This document shows, in pieces, positions 38,529 to 51,949 of a DNA stretch of 64,000 bases (positions are counted from its first letter, which is position 1; every line of letters starts with the position of its first letter). A program made the translations under genes and the position numbers. The DNA is from Camelus ferus. Lineage: Eukaryota. The notes beneath the pieces were generated by a model, which ran no database searches, was not told where the DNA came from, and was given only the letters and a program-made list of their open reading frames with translations. Location: contig NC_045697.1 in assembly GCF_009834535.1 (NCBI RefSeq), positions 107,820,001-107,884,000 on the forward strand, written 5' to 3'.

Positions 38529-38868
38529 ATGGGTCCACAGTCCCTTATGCATAACTCAAAAATTGGAAAAGCTCTGAAAACTGAATGTGTTTTTATAATT
38601 CATATGGTGGTCCAGTCTAACCTTTGCTAAACTCATTTGGTGGCAAACGCATGCCTGAACTGCCTCAAGGCTATTTGTTTTTATAGTACTTGTGTTAATA
38701 TTTATACATTTCATGGAAGAAATATTAATGCATTTGATTATAGAGTTCTACCTCAGACCTGCTGGTTTGTTAAGTCAAATGTGGCAGATGTACATCGTAC
38801 TTTCTGAAAAGTTTTGAGTTCCAAAATACACATGATCTCCAGGGTTTTGGATAAGGGACTGGAAGCCT
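38529..38868. mobile_element. TcMar-Tigger-type MITE
   Basis: Inverted termini ggtccacagtcccttatgc ... ggataagggactggaagcc. Confidence 0.6.
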
Positions 38869-39135
38869 CTTTTGGACATTTAGGGAAGGACACATTTTTG
38901 GAGATAGGTGCAAATTATACTTGGTAAAAATAATATTAAAGAAAATGATACTGTGTTAATATCGGTCATGTAGAATTAGATCTGGCCACAGATCTGGACA
39001 TCACATTGTATAAAACTGGTTATTTATGACTATAGGTTAATGGGACAGCCCTTCTTCAGCAAGAGCTAGTTCTAATGTCTGTATGTTTAATTTATCAATG
39101 CTAAATTTTCAAGGCTGAATATTTATTGGTGTGGT

Positions 39136-39845
39136 TGTATTAGTCTGGGTCCTCAGAGAAGAGGATGCCAAGATAGGACTCAACATGAGAGAGAAAGTAG
39201 GAAATGAGGTGGGGAAGGCTAGGGGTGCTGTCCGACTGCAGTGCTGATCTGACCCCGAACGCAGGGACGGGGAGGGGCTGGCTGGGAGTGTCTGGGCCCC
39301 CTGGGTAATCTGAGATAGACCTGCCAGGGAGGACGGCTTCTCCAGGAACAGGTCTGCCTTAGCATCCCTTGGTACAAGCTGCCAGTCTGGACACCGGAGC
39401 AGTGTCACTTCCGCTGTACTTTATTGTCCGTGGTAGTCACAGAGCCCCCCAGCTTTCAAGGGGAGAGGACACAGCCCCCACCTCTTGGTGATAGGAGTGT
39501 CAAAGGATTTGTGCCCATATTCTGGGCAGGTTTACCTTGATTACCATCCCGGGACTGAATGTGTGCAGACGGTCAGAGAGCTGTATGGAGAGGACCACCT
39601 GAGAAGAGCCAGAGACCTCAGCCGTGGGTCACAGCCGGTCAGAGAGGGAGTCAGGGGAATGAACAGCCAAACGTCACTCTCTTCCCTTCCTCCCATCTCC
39701 TACCAGTCTCCCATTGGTTGAACCCAGATGGAATCCCTGTGGCAGGGGAAGCGTGGAGAAGAAGTGGGTGAATCAGGGCTCAGAGCAAGGAGGGAAGGAT
39801 GGACAGAAGATGCAGAGGGGCAGGTGGGAGATGCCAGCACACTTC
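39136..39845. mobile_element. Cluster of old MaLR (MLT1-type) LTR fragments
   Basis: tgtattagtctgggtcctcagagaag...; agtcacagagcccccc...caaggggag; ccagtctcccattggttgaacccagatgg. Confidence 0.6.
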
Positions 39846-40149
39846 TGTGCTCATATCAGCCTTGCAGAGTGTTCCCTAGCGGGGATAGAAGGCCCCTGTA
39901 AGAGCGTACTGGGATCTTGTGCTTAAGTAAGTTGTGGCTTAAATTTTTCTAGAAACATGTAAGAAAGTATAGTTTGTAGTAACTGCCTAGATATATCTAC
40001 CGATTCTTATCCTCTGGAACCTAAAACATAGTTAGATGTTAATGTGACAGGCAGATACCTAACAACAGATGAGACATGAACAAGGAACTATCTCAAGCCC
40101 AGGTAACCATCACCAAGTCAAGCTTATTACGTGGATTCACACAGAGGCA

Positions 40150-40335
40150 GGGTGTGCAGTGGAAGAGTTCTAGACTGAGTCAGAAGGTCTGGGTTCTGGT
40201 CCTGGCTCTTGTATTTACTGCTGTGTGACCTTGTGCAAAGCTTTTAACCTCCCTGAGTCTCATTTTCCTCAGCTGCACAGTGGGGATCGTAATACTCCTC
40301 TTTCATCATGTGAGCGCATTCTGAAGACAGTATGC
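40150..40335 (+). mobile_element. MIR
   Basis: ctgggttctggtcctggctct...tgtgtgaccttg...ctgagtctcattttcctcagctg. Confidence 0.8.
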
Positions 40336-43334
40336 TGTTAAATGCAAAGATATTATCTTACTTAATCCAGGACAAATTCTGCCCTCTAATATGCGGTCAG
40401 AGGATAATGCTATTTGTTTGAAGACCATTTAGTGAGTGTGCACCAGGTGCAAAGCACACTCCCACACCCTGTGGGGAGATGGAGGGGGAACGGGCCGAGA
40501 AACCCTCTCGTCTCCATGGAGTTTCTGATCTGGGACCCAGGAGACTGATAGGCCAGCCACAGACTTGAAGCAAGATAGACGAAGATAAGTGGTGGAAGAG
40601 AGAAAGAAGCGAGGGGTGTGCGGCGACTCAGAGGAGTGAGCGGTTAGGGAGAGTCAGTCGGTGCTGAGCCTTGATGGTGAGCCGGTGGGGGAAGGACAAA
40701 AAAAATGTGCTGACCCTGAACTCTGGGGGATAGCATGGTGTCCTGTATATTTTAGGTGATCAATAAATATTTGAGGATGATGATAATAGTGGAAGAAAGC
40801 CCCCAGGTAGAGAGATGCACCCTCCTATACTTTTTTTTGAATGTTGTGATCAGGCTGAGGGGCTGCAGACAAGAACAGAAGTGGAGCAGGCTGATTGGGT
40901 TTGTCACCAGCTTAGAGGAATCTTTGTCCAGGTGTGTTGTGTAGGAGACCAGCAGACAGGTGGCAGTAGCAGCCAAAGGTGGCTTCATTGCTGCCGTGGC
41001 CCCAGAAGGGTTGGAAGAAGGGACAGGGTTGCGTTAATAGCACCATCATATTGTTTCTGTCCAGCGTCTTGTGAACCAGGCTGGTCTGTTTTGTGGGTTA
41101 TTTTGGCTTCTTTGTTTGGAGCCCATGAGGAGATTAGAGCAGAAGTCTGGGGCTGTCTGTGGTAGTTGGAGACCTTGAGGGGAGTGCACTGAAGAAGTAA
41201 AGGATGAATGATGGAAGGAAAAATAACACACCATCCTTTTCTGCAGGCAGCTCACAGGCGTTAGCCGTAATAACTGTGACCTCAGAGAAAGCCTGTTCCT
41301 TTTGGTTTTTTGTGAAGAGCAGCCAGCTGTGTTTCACTCAGCAAATTATTCCATACAAGTACGCTTGGAGAAACAGGAGAAATATAGCCACCAAAAAACC
41401 TGATTTGTCCCACCATCTCTTGTGTGCTAAAACCATGCTTGAACAACATACACGCGCACAGTCATTTCCCCCATTCCCTTTCAGGCGTGCGCGCACAGGC
41501 TTCTCATAAGCCACTGTGGAGCCCATTTGTTTTACAGACCCGTCTTCCGAACACGCACATACATATTCATGATCTGTATCCTGTGAGCTCAATAATTCAC
41601 AGCTTAGTGACTGAGGTTGATGGATTGAAGTTTTGGGGGATTAGAGAAAATGGAAATTTTGAGAGGCTGGGAGCAGCCGCACTTGTGAGTTGCGCATTTC
41701 GTGTGTCTGTCTGTGGGGTGGGCTGGGACCCCTTTTAGAGCCCAGTGGAGCTCTCACTCGCTGGGGACGTTTTTGACTTTCCTGCCCAGTGAAACTGGAG
41801 ACTGAAGATTTTAAGAGCAACTAAGTACCATCTTCAAACAAGCACCATTAATGACTATCGACAAGCTATAATTGGGTGCTGCGTGTATACTGAGCCCTTA
41901 CGCCTGGGTTTTCAGTCTCCTGTGAGGAGTGGGCAGAGCAGCCTGTCACTTAACTGTCACTGATGTCCATCCTTCTTCGTGCATCTCTAGTCTGGGAGGT
42001 GGTGGAGGGGCTTGGGGTGGCAGGAGGGTAGAGATGAGCCCCCCTGCTCGCCCTTCTGGCTGACTTCTTGTTGCAATTTTGGATGCCCAGCAAGTTGGTG
42101 CTGTTCCTCACTCTGCTGCCATCGGTGTCACTTCTTGAAGACAAACGCCTTGACGTTTTGTGTCTGGTTTCCAGTAATGCTGTAAAATTGCATTGACCAG
42201 GTCATTCCTTTCAGTGGCAGATTGGAAGAAAGAGGGAATCAGGATGCCATCTTGGCCCTAGACTTTCAAGATCTTATTTTTCAACTTTGATGTCTCTTTG
42301 CTAAATCTTTTATAGTTTTCCCGTGAGTCATGGAGCTTCACGCTAGACTCCCTGGGGTGAACTATACCGAAAACTGTACTGGGGTAGTGTTTTGGTTTCT
42401 ACATTTCGTACTTTTATTTATGCATTTCAGTCATTTGCTTTTTAAAATGCATTCTCTACGTTATTAACCCAACTGTCCAGTTACCCAGTTACCAAAGGCT
42501 CCCAAAGATAATCCTACCTTTTTAATTTTATTTATTTATTTTTTTTTGCTGGCTCCTTATCCTCTTCCTATAATGACGTTGAGCTGTACTTATGTACATG
42601 GAACTTTGCTTCTCAGCACTCCTGGAGTGAACCAGCACTTGAAATGATTCTCTTCTCATTGCACGGACAGCATACCTGTGTGCCCACCTGGGCCCGCAGG
42701 TGGCTGGTCTGTGTGCAGTGAAGGGGCCTCAGGGGTGTCCAGCAGAAATGAGGTCCTTGGGAGCTGCTGCTCTTGCCCCACAGCCTCTGAGGTGGGCTCC
42801 AGTGGGTTCTGGGCAGGGAGGTGTCCCCTCAGGGCCAGAAGGCAGCTGGAGCAGTGGGAAGGCTTGAAGCACCTAATGGCATCTTAGTCCCACCCGGGTG
42901 CATCTGAGGGATGGCAGTGGCCTGGCCCAAGCAATAATTCTGCCTTGTCAGTCAGCCTGGACTTCACAGAGCATTCTGTGGAAGCAGAGAGGCCAAATGT
43001 GACGATCACTATAGTCTGTCATCAGGAAAGGCAATTGAATGAGGTAATTAAAAGGCCCAGTCCTGTCGCGGGCCTGCAGCTGTGTGACGTGGATTGGCAG
43101 TCCACTGTTAAACTTGGATTGAAGAAAAATCATACTCAGCAGGCCAGCTCTAGACATCTTAAATTAATAATTGCTCTATCCAAGGAGAGCCTGTTATTAA
43201 GTAGACCTAGAAGTTTTCAGTGACAGTTATAAGAGGCTTTGACGTGGACATATTTGATTTATTAATTGAAAACTGAAAGTGTGTGTCATCTAATACATTC
43301 TATTAATGCACTGTATTTGATTAATATAATTTGG

Positions 43335-43457
43335 GGAAGCAGTCTAGCTTAATATTTGGAAAAATGGCTTTTGAGTTTAGAGAGACCTTAGTTTGAGTTC
43401 TGGGGCTTTGCTGTTTAACTAGCAATGTGACTGTGGCAAGCACCTTCATCTATGTGT

Positions 43458-43489
<32 letters not shown>

Positions 43490-43600
43490 ATAATCTATGG
43501 ATAATAATACCTGCCTTGTTGGGTTCTTGTGAAGAATAAATGAGATACTGCATTTAATGTGCTTGTTGTCTCTGGCACTTAGTACCGAATACATATTACC
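43335..43600 (+). mobile_element. MIR with internal (TG)n microsatellite (~43452-43489)
   Basis: MIR text either side of the TG tract (ataataatacctgccttg...tgtgaagaataaatgagata). Confidence 0.7.
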
Positions 43601-43836
43601 TATTAGCCAGCTGAATCTCTAAATGAAACATCCTTCCCTTGACATTGTATGTTACTGGACAGTGAATTTTTTTGTGTTTACCATTTTTTGCACTGTTTTG
43701 ATTTTAGATAATATGCTTATTGTTCCCTAACACATTTTTACATTATTTAATAGACTGCTGTCTTTAGATTTACTCTTTTCTTATTTCCCTCAGTTGTTCA
43801 CAGAGTTATTTTCCTATTTGTTCTAATTCTCAGTGC

Positions 43837-44002
43837 CAGAGGTTCTCAAACTTGAACGTGCAGGGGCAGTTCCCTGGGAACTTCTTACAGGCAAACTCCC
43901 GAGTGCTGGGGATGTGAGTTTTGGAGGTCAGGTTGAGGCCCAGGAGTTTGCACTTCAGCCAACACCCAGATGCTCCAAGGACCACACTCGGGTGACACAC
44001 TG
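43837..44002. mobile_element. hAT MITE (MER5-like)
   Basis: cagaggttctcaaacttgaacgtgca...ggcccaggagtttgcacttc...gaccacactc...cactg. Confidence 0.65.
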
Positions 44003-45439
44003 ACCTGTGACCTTCTGCTGACGCTTTGATTATTGATGCTCTTTTATTGAACTAGGATTCGGAAGACATGGGTTCTAGTTTTCTGTGTGATTGCAAGGGT
44101 CTTAACTCAGCTAAGGGTTCAGTTTTCTGATGTAGTAATAGTCCCACCCTGTCAGCATCCCAAGACTGTGGTGAGCATCAGACAAGCAGGTGGATTAACA
44201 ACACTTTGGGAAGCTGTGAAGCCTCTTCCAAATGAGCAAGGTATTCAAACAGGGGTGAGATCTCCCCTTTCCCCGTCTGGAGCTGTTTTAGCCGTCTAAG
44301 CAGGTAATGTAGGTCCAAGTACTTTGCATAATTTAAGGACTTAGTAGTAGCATTCTCCAAAGGTGAGTCGTGCAAGGAGATTGTAGGGTTCTAAAAGTGT
44401 GTTTCTGCCCCTGAGGTGTATAGAGTGTTTGACTGAGGTACATGGTTCAGGACGCTGGACGAGCATCATATTTGTTACCCTGAAATCAGCTCTGCTCTCC
44501 CGTGTGTTGCTACTAGGATATGTGGACAGTGATGTTAATATCATAAAAACGCCTTTCAGATGGAAATCTTGTCAGCCTGCAGTGGGAATACTAGCCACTC
44601 ACCGATGTCATGTATGTCACAGAATGTTACAGGGCATCACCATTCCACTGCTGCTGGTCCTCCCAGGTGCCTCGGTGCTGTGGGCAGAAGGCAAAAAAGT
44701 CCCTTGAGATAAAGGGGGTGGGCAGACTTTCTCTGGTTGATCGTTGACCGTAACTTCTTCACTTCCCATATTCTGGGTTGATGATGCATACAGTTGTTTA
44801 GATCCATATGCAAACGTACTTTTCTCCTTATCAACATACAGAAAAGCCTCAGAGAGTCCATGGTTTATCCCAGAGCTATCATTTGTGGACCAACTATGGA
44901 ACAAAATACAATGTCTAGTATTTATTGTAGAAAGCACCTGAGAATGTGGAAACAGATTATAATAGAAGCTATTGGAACATTCGCCTTTTTTTTTTCTCCT
45001 AAAGAAAATCTTGTAATTCATATCTAAGGTCTTGTGCTGAGTTTCTAGCCTACTTAAGCACTATGTCTTTGGAAATTTTGTAGACACAGAGGTTCCAGGT
45101 AAGGCAGCTGGTGTGTATGTAGCTGAGGCCTGGGCGTATCGTTATGTGAATGAAAATCCAAATCTTTCCTCTTATTTTTCATATTCACAGGCCAAATAGT
45201 GAACTAACTAACTGGCCATAGGATTCAGGAGGTCATCACCTTGGTGTCGACAGCTTCGTGGAGGCTTGTGGGGCATCCCTGTCTCTATAATGCTGATTCT
45301 GATGCTCTGCCAAAACAAATAAAAATGAAAACCAAAAAACATCGGCTTGAGTAGGTAGACTTCAGATAGAGAGCAAAGAGGAAGCCAGATTTATTCATTC
45401 ATTGACTTAAACCTAGAGGTAGTGGTATCTAGTGAGTAA

Positions 45440-45690
45440 GGTCTTTGCAAAGGGTTTGATACAATGTGGACTTTAGAGTCAGACTGCCAGGGTTGATATC
45501 TCAGCTCTGCCACTTGCTAGTTGTGTGCCCTTGGGCAGAATCTTTAACCTCTTTGAACCATTTTCCTCATTTTCATTTGTAAAATGAGGTTGGTAATGAA
45601 TGGTGCATACCTTTTAGGAGTTGTGGGGATTAAATAATTTTAAAGTGACACCTGGCACAGAGTAAGTGCTATGTTTATGTTAACGCTGTT
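45440..45690 (+). mobile_element. MIR
   Basis: ggactttagagtcagactgccagggtt...cagctctgccacttgctag...cctggcacagagtaagtgct. Confidence 0.8.
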
Positions 45691-45959
45691 GTAACTCTTT
45701 CTATATATATTATGTACTTGTTGGAAAATCATAATTTTACATGACCCAACAGTGCTTTCATTGATTGGTAATACTATACTATAATACTGTTATTATTGTC
45801 TGTATTAATATAAAACTTGGCATATTGCCAGGAGGAGATAGGTGAAGAACTGGAGACTTCAAGGTCCTGGAGAAGTAACTCAGATGAGACTTGGTGGAGC
45901 CCAGCTATATGAATGTTTCCTAGGCCAGTCCCAAACCTCTCCCTCCTCCCCTCTCCAGA

Positions 45960-46410
45960 GACTCACTTCTTCAGCTGTCCCGGACCCTTTGCTGTATACC
46001 GGGTGTGAATTAGCCCTCTAGTTAAATACATATGCTTATGTCTTCCCTGTATTTGAGCTGCCTTTCTCCTACACCTATACTCATCCCAATCTTTCTCATC
46101 TTCCAGTGTCCAGACCACATGCCCCCTCCCTCTGGAAGTCTTTCTGATCAAGCCAGAAGGAGGCAATCACTCCTCACTTCTCTCAACTTTGGCCGCTGTC
46201 ACTTGCATGGCATTAAAGATCCCCTTGTGTGGTCACTGTGGGTTTAATATGTCTTACCTGTCCTGCCAAGAGGTGGACGCCATGAGGGTAGAGACCATCC
46301 GCGTGTATTTATCCATCCCTTCCTTGAACCCATATGATGGCAACATGTCTAGCACCCTGTGCCCTGTGCACAGTAGGTAGTGTGCTGTTTTCTGAATAAA
46401 TAAGTAAACA
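45960..46410 (+). mobile_element. L2 3' fragment
   Basis: cctctggaagtctttctga...tctagcaccctgtgccctgtgcacagtaggtag...tgaataaat. Confidence 0.55.
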
Positions 46411-46881
46411 TGTGAATGTGAATATGGTGAGTAGGTGGGGGTATAGTGTGTGGAGCAACTGTGAAGGAGTGATAGGAGAAAGCAGAGGAGAGGTTGAATA
46501 GTTCCAATCTGTTGGGGTCAAGTCAGGCTGGTGAACTGATGTGTGGCTGACAGCGAGCCCTCTGGGGTGGCGTGGAGGGGACGAGAAGTGGGGAGCCTGA
46601 GGGAAGGGGTGTTTAGGATTGGCTGGAGGTGGCTTTTGCTGAAAGCAAGACAGTGCTCATTTGTTGTGGAGGTCCAAAAGGGAAATGACCCAACCTGAGA
46701 CAGGTATTTCAGGAAAAATATAAAGGAGGATATGGATATCTTAGAGAAGTAGAAGGAAAATGAACAAAAAATATTACTGAAGAATTAGTGATGGCGCTAA
46801 GATTCATGTTTGAAATGTGCTCTCCACACTTAGAAATGAAATTATACGAGTGGGCCAGCTTTTCTTTATTGTTTTTGTCTT

Positions 46882-47150
46882 TTGTGGGTTTTTTTTTGTA
46901 TATACATGTTTTTTATTGAAGTATAGTCATTTTACAATGTTGTGTCAGTTTCTGGTGTACAGCATAATGTTTCAGTCATACGTGAACATACATATATTTG
47001 TTTTCATATTCTTTTTCACCATAAGTTACTACAAGAATTGAATTATTGAATATAGTTCCCTGTGCTATACAGTATAAACTTGTTATGTATCTATTTTATA
47101 TATATTAGTATATGCAAATCTTGAACTCCTGATTCATCCCTTCCCACCCT
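46882..47150 (-). mobile_element. Young L1 3' end, 5'-truncated
   Basis: Same family as the 29412 copy; TSD ctttatt(g/a)tttttg(t/g)ctt at 46864-46881 and 47151-47168. Confidence 0.9.
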
Positions 47151-49046
47151 CTTTATTATTTTTGGCTTGAAGCATTGGCTACGAGAGATCAAGTCGAAAA
47201 TAATTGATGGTATATCATTGCCATGGTTATCAAGGCATCAAACTATCTGGGTCAGAATGTATGATATTTACATTTGGGTTAAATGCTTTAATAGAGCTAG
47301 TGGGTTTAGCTGTGCAGTTTTTTCTTAGATCGTTGAAGTTGAGAACTTTGCAATCGGTTAGAGTTCAGTTTCGTGGAGGAGCGACGTGTGGAGCAGAGGT
47401 GAGGGACTCATTCAAAGTCTCCCAGTCCTCATTCCCTGCCACTGTTAGCCCCATACTTGGCACCCAGTAGGTGCTCTATAATTGTTTTTCAATAAATAAA
47501 TTAATAAGATCTCAGTTTTTCAGTAAGTGAATTAATAACTAATTTAAAACAAATTTCAGATTGGATGGATTTCACGAAACATATCCTTTGTATTTAAAGT
47601 TCTTGCCAAATCTAAAGTGGAGAGATTAAATTGAAGATGGAAACGGAATACGTTATACACATTCATAGGATTTTAGTACTAGACAGGATTTAGTACTAGA
47701 CATAGTTCCAGAGATTGTCTAGTCCCAGATCCTCATTTTTCAGATAATGACCCTGAGGACTGGAGAGGTCCGGTGACTCGCTCAGGCTCACACAGCTGAT
47801 TACAGAGCCCAGGTCTCCAGGTCTTGAGGCTTCAATGTCATCTCTTTCTATTGCTTCCCTCGAAGTAAATCTGAATTTCACGATTCCTTCCATGGCATAA
47901 GTTAACTCTTGAGCTTCTAATGCAGAATTTAGAAAAAAAATTTTCCTTATGCTTTTGTTAATTTCAAAATAGAATGATTTCTTAGACAGCACACCCCCTT
48001 CCCACCCAGGCTCCTGTGAAGGGCAGGGGCTGCTTGGTTGTGCCCATATTCATTTTTTGATGTCCTGCTTGAGTTTCTCCTCCTGGGAAGTCTGTTCCAA
48101 AAGGAGAGCTTGCACCATCTAGTGGAGCTAAAAAGAGGCTCTTGGGTTTAATTTTTTGGTGGCCCTCTTTTAAAAGAAGAAAGGAATAGGACTGCCACAC
48201 CCAGCATTAAAACCCTGGTTCTTGATTGCAAATACATCTCCGATGGATGGGTTCTAGCTTCAAAAAAGAAGAAGAAAGGAACAGTATTTTTACTTCATTA
48301 ACCTGCAGATCTCACATGGAACCCTTTGTTCCTACCATGAAAGTGAGGGTGGCAGTGCAGAGCAATGGTTGGGTCACTTTGTACCTCACCATGCTAGAAA
48401 CGGCACGTGAGAGACGAGGCTGTTGGTTCTTTCCTGGTAGAAGGAAGGTAAAAAAGTGGGTAGTCTGGCAACCTGTTTTTGTATCCAGCGCTTAGATTCT
48501 TTTACTCATTAATGCAAAACATTAACTCTTCTGGCATGAGTCTTCTCATAATAGTTGGGAATTAGTTAAATCCTGCTATTATTCCTAGGAAAGCCGCAAG
48601 TACTCATTTGGGCAATTAACTTTTTCAATCATGTGCAGTATTCCGCTGCCCAGTTGGATAAATGAAGTTTTGGGAAGCTTCCAAATGACTCCTTTGTTTC
48701 CTTCAATAGAGATTTAAATCTTTTCTCAAGCTCTACAAAATACTTATCTTGTGTGGTAGGTGGTAGAAGATAGTGTGTCAAGCAGAATGACTTGATGACT
48801 GAGTGGGCAACACAGGGCGGGGGATTTCATCACTGACGATGCCTTTAAGTGCTCATTACCTTCTGGGCCTGAATTTTCTTCGGAAAGAATGTCATTGTTC
48901 ATCTTAATATTTACAGAGTACTTACCGCTCAGCAAAATCCAGGTTTGTTTCTTTCTCTTCTTTCTTTTTTTTCCATTTGTTATTGCATCAGCTGAAATAT
49001 CTTACATGGCTCCTTATCACCTGTGTGGGGCAGGCATCCTTTGTGA

Positions 49047-49202
49047 TAGTGGTTCTCATGCTGGTGCACAGCAGAATCAAGGGAAGCCTGGCCCCACCCC
49101 TCGAGAGTCTGATTTACCTGGATCCAGGTGGGATGTGAGCAGGCGTATTTTTAAAAAGCTCCCCAGGGGATTCTAACATGGCACCAGGGTTCAGAAGCAC
49201 TG
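49047..49202. mobile_element. hAT MITE (MER5-like)
   Basis: tagtggttctc...agaatca...ttttaaaaagctccccaggggattctaac...ccagggttcagaagcactg. Confidence 0.8.
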
Positions 49203-49752
49203 CTGGATGATAATTCTTGAAAGTGTATTGTGAATCATTGGATTCCAAATCAGGTTTGAACACTGGAGACCCGTATTTGAAAACCACTATTCTTTTTGGG
49301 ACCTGAAGTTTGTACTGTATTGTGATGGGAGCAAGGAAGTTATCCTGTGGCTGAATGACTCCATGCGTCCATCTCTAGTTGGTGCTGGTGGAATCAGTCC
49401 TGAATGCATGATCCAGGTCTGAGGAACCGAGTACTTACAGGGCTAGCCAGGAACAGTGAGACCAGGAGTTAATGCTTTTGGGACTGGTGGGTTTAATGTA
49501 TTATTATAGTTGTCCTCAGCTGAGGGCATTGCTTCTCTGTTGTTGGCATTTGTCCCAGTGACAGTAGGAAAGTTGATATCGCATATTAAATTTTTTTCCT
49601 TTTGTTGGTTTTAAGAACTTTTTTTTTATCTTGTTGGCTTAGTGATGAATTTCACCTCTTTCTGTGGTGGGCCAGTGAGTTCTTTAGAGAAGCTATTTTC
49701 TGAAGTCCTAATCTGTCCCTGGGAGCAGCTTATTTCTGAGAAATGGAGCTGA

Positions 49753-49857
49753 ATTGGTTGGAGGCGGGGTCGGGCCATAAAAGGGCAGGGATGGGTATAA
49801 ATCTTCCAAAATGCCAAAACTTGAACTCTTACAGTGAGAAACCGCGTCTTTGACCTT
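49753..49857 (+). promoter_or_regulatory. Candidate intronic promoter/enhancer motif cluster
   Basis: ATTGG 49753-49757, GC box GAGGCGGGGT 49761-49770, CArG CCATAAAAGG 49775-49784, TATAAAT 49796-49802, TGACCTT 49851-49857. Motif evidence only. Confidence 0.35.
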
Positions 49858-50435
49858 AATTAGTCCGCGCAGTTGATGCAGCTATTCAATTTCGAAGTAT
49901 TTCTGCTCTGTTTTCAGAGGACAGGGGGATGAGAATATCAAAGAATTGTTAGAATTCTTGTCTTGGCTTCTCTAAGGCAATACTATTGTATAAAGAATGT
50001 GAAATTTGGTATCAGGCAGACTTGATCTCTCCTCTGCCACTTACTGTGTACTTTGCTTGGCAAGTTTGTGAGCATCTGTAAGATGAGAACCCTAATACCT
50101 GTCTTTCTTAGGCCAAGGGAAATTAATTCAGATAATGTATGTGAAGCCCCTAACACGATGCTTGGCACAGAGCTGGGACTCCAGAAATGGTAGCTACTTC
50201 TGGAACTGCCATTGATAATAGTAATAATTAATGATAATGATAATAATAAGCAGCTGTTTTCCCCTCCTTCGGACATGGTGCCTGAGGTGTAAGTAGTGTC
50301 ACGGCTCTCGTGTCCATTTGTCCCCGTGGTGGGCTGAGGATGGGGATGGCAAAGTGATGTTGACAGGAGTCCCGGCTGGGAAAGTTGTCCTCAGAATGTT
50401 CATCTTCACATAACCAACATGTTATAATTTAATCT

Positions 50436-50953
50436 TTTTTCCCATTTTTTAAATTGAAGTATAGTCAGTTTACAATGTTGTGTCAGTTTCTGGTGTATAG
50501 CATAATAGTTCAGTCATACATGTACATGCATATATTTGTTTTCATATTCTTTCATTAGAGGTTACTGCAAGATATTGAATATTGTTCCCTGTGCTATACA
50601 GTACAAACTTGCTGTTTATCTACTTTATATGTAGGAGTTAGTATCTGCAAATCTCAAACTCTCAATTTATCCCTTCCCAGCCCCTTTCTCTCTTGGTAAC
50701 CATAAGTTTGTTTTCTGTGTCTGTGAGTCTATTTCTGTTTTGTAAATAAATTCATTTGTGTCTTTTTTTTAGATTCCACAGTTAAGTAATATCATATGGT
50801 ATTTTTCTTTCTCTTTCTGTTTTACTTTACTTAGGATGATGATCTCCAGGTCCATCCATGTTGCTGCAAATGGCATTATTTTATTCTTTTTTTATGGCTG
50901 AGTCATATTCCATTGTGTATATATACCACATTTTCTTTATCCAGTCATCTGTC
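50436..50953 (-). mobile_element. Young L1 3' end (~520 bp)
   Basis: Full 3'UTR text through ccatgttgctgcaaatggc; TSD ataatttaatct at 50424-50435 and 50954-50965. Confidence 0.92.
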
Positions 50954-51949
50954 ATAATTTAATCTATGTTAATTCCTTAAAATGTAGCTTCTCCCTAGAA
51001 GAGTTAAATTCACTGATCACTCATCTTGTGTATGTCCTGCTCATTTACCTCAGAGGAAATAGACTACAGATTTTTATTTAAACAGTGTAGAGGCGGAGTT
51101 AGTAGGGAAGAAGGGAAAATGTGATTTGTGGGGATTACTTCAGTATGTCATACCTGGTCTTTGCTACCATGGGGTGGTGTGGGCTGTGGACATACAGAAA
51201 GAGCTGGGCCAATGGGAAGCCAAGATAGGTGATGCCAGGACACAGGACTGGAGGGTAGTGGGGGCCCAAATTCAGCAGCCGTCTGCTGTGAATTGCTGTC
51301 CCCAAGTCCCTGTTAGGACTGCCTGTGTGTTGCCATAAGTTTGTCTTGGTACCACCTTGGTCATTTGCTGTAAGTTGGCAGTGTCTGGAGGAGAGCACTG
51401 TTTCACTGCAGCCCTGAGCCTAGAGTAGAAAGTATTTGTATGTGTCACTGTAAACTGAATCTGCATAGCTGGGGGACCTGTAATGCAGGTTCAGCAAAGT
51501 CGGTACAGTCCAGTTGGGTGTTAAGGGCTTTCTTCCCCATCTAAGCTCTGACAAGTTGAGGAAAAGTGAATGAGGCAGCTGGAGGACCTTTATTAGCAAT
51601 AAAACTGATGCTGGAGAATAGGGTTGATACCTGTGGGTAAGATATCCTGATACTGAGCCCAGAATTAGACAGACTCTCCCAGATGCAGAGAAGAATACAT
51701 ACTTCCTGCTGGCAGCTTGGCTCCCAGAAGAAAAAAGAGAGAGGAAGGGACAGGCTTATCACAATGACGGTTAGCCCCCACCCCGCCCCAGGGGAAGAGT
51801 TACTGAAGGAGGCAGAGAGAGCGGGAAGTACTCTGGAGGAAAGCCTGTGCTGCGGGGAAACATTAAGATTGAGACATTGTTTTTCTCTAGCAAGTCTACA
51901 AAAATCCAACCTTTTAAAATTCTAGCAAATTTGGAAACCGTAAATCATA

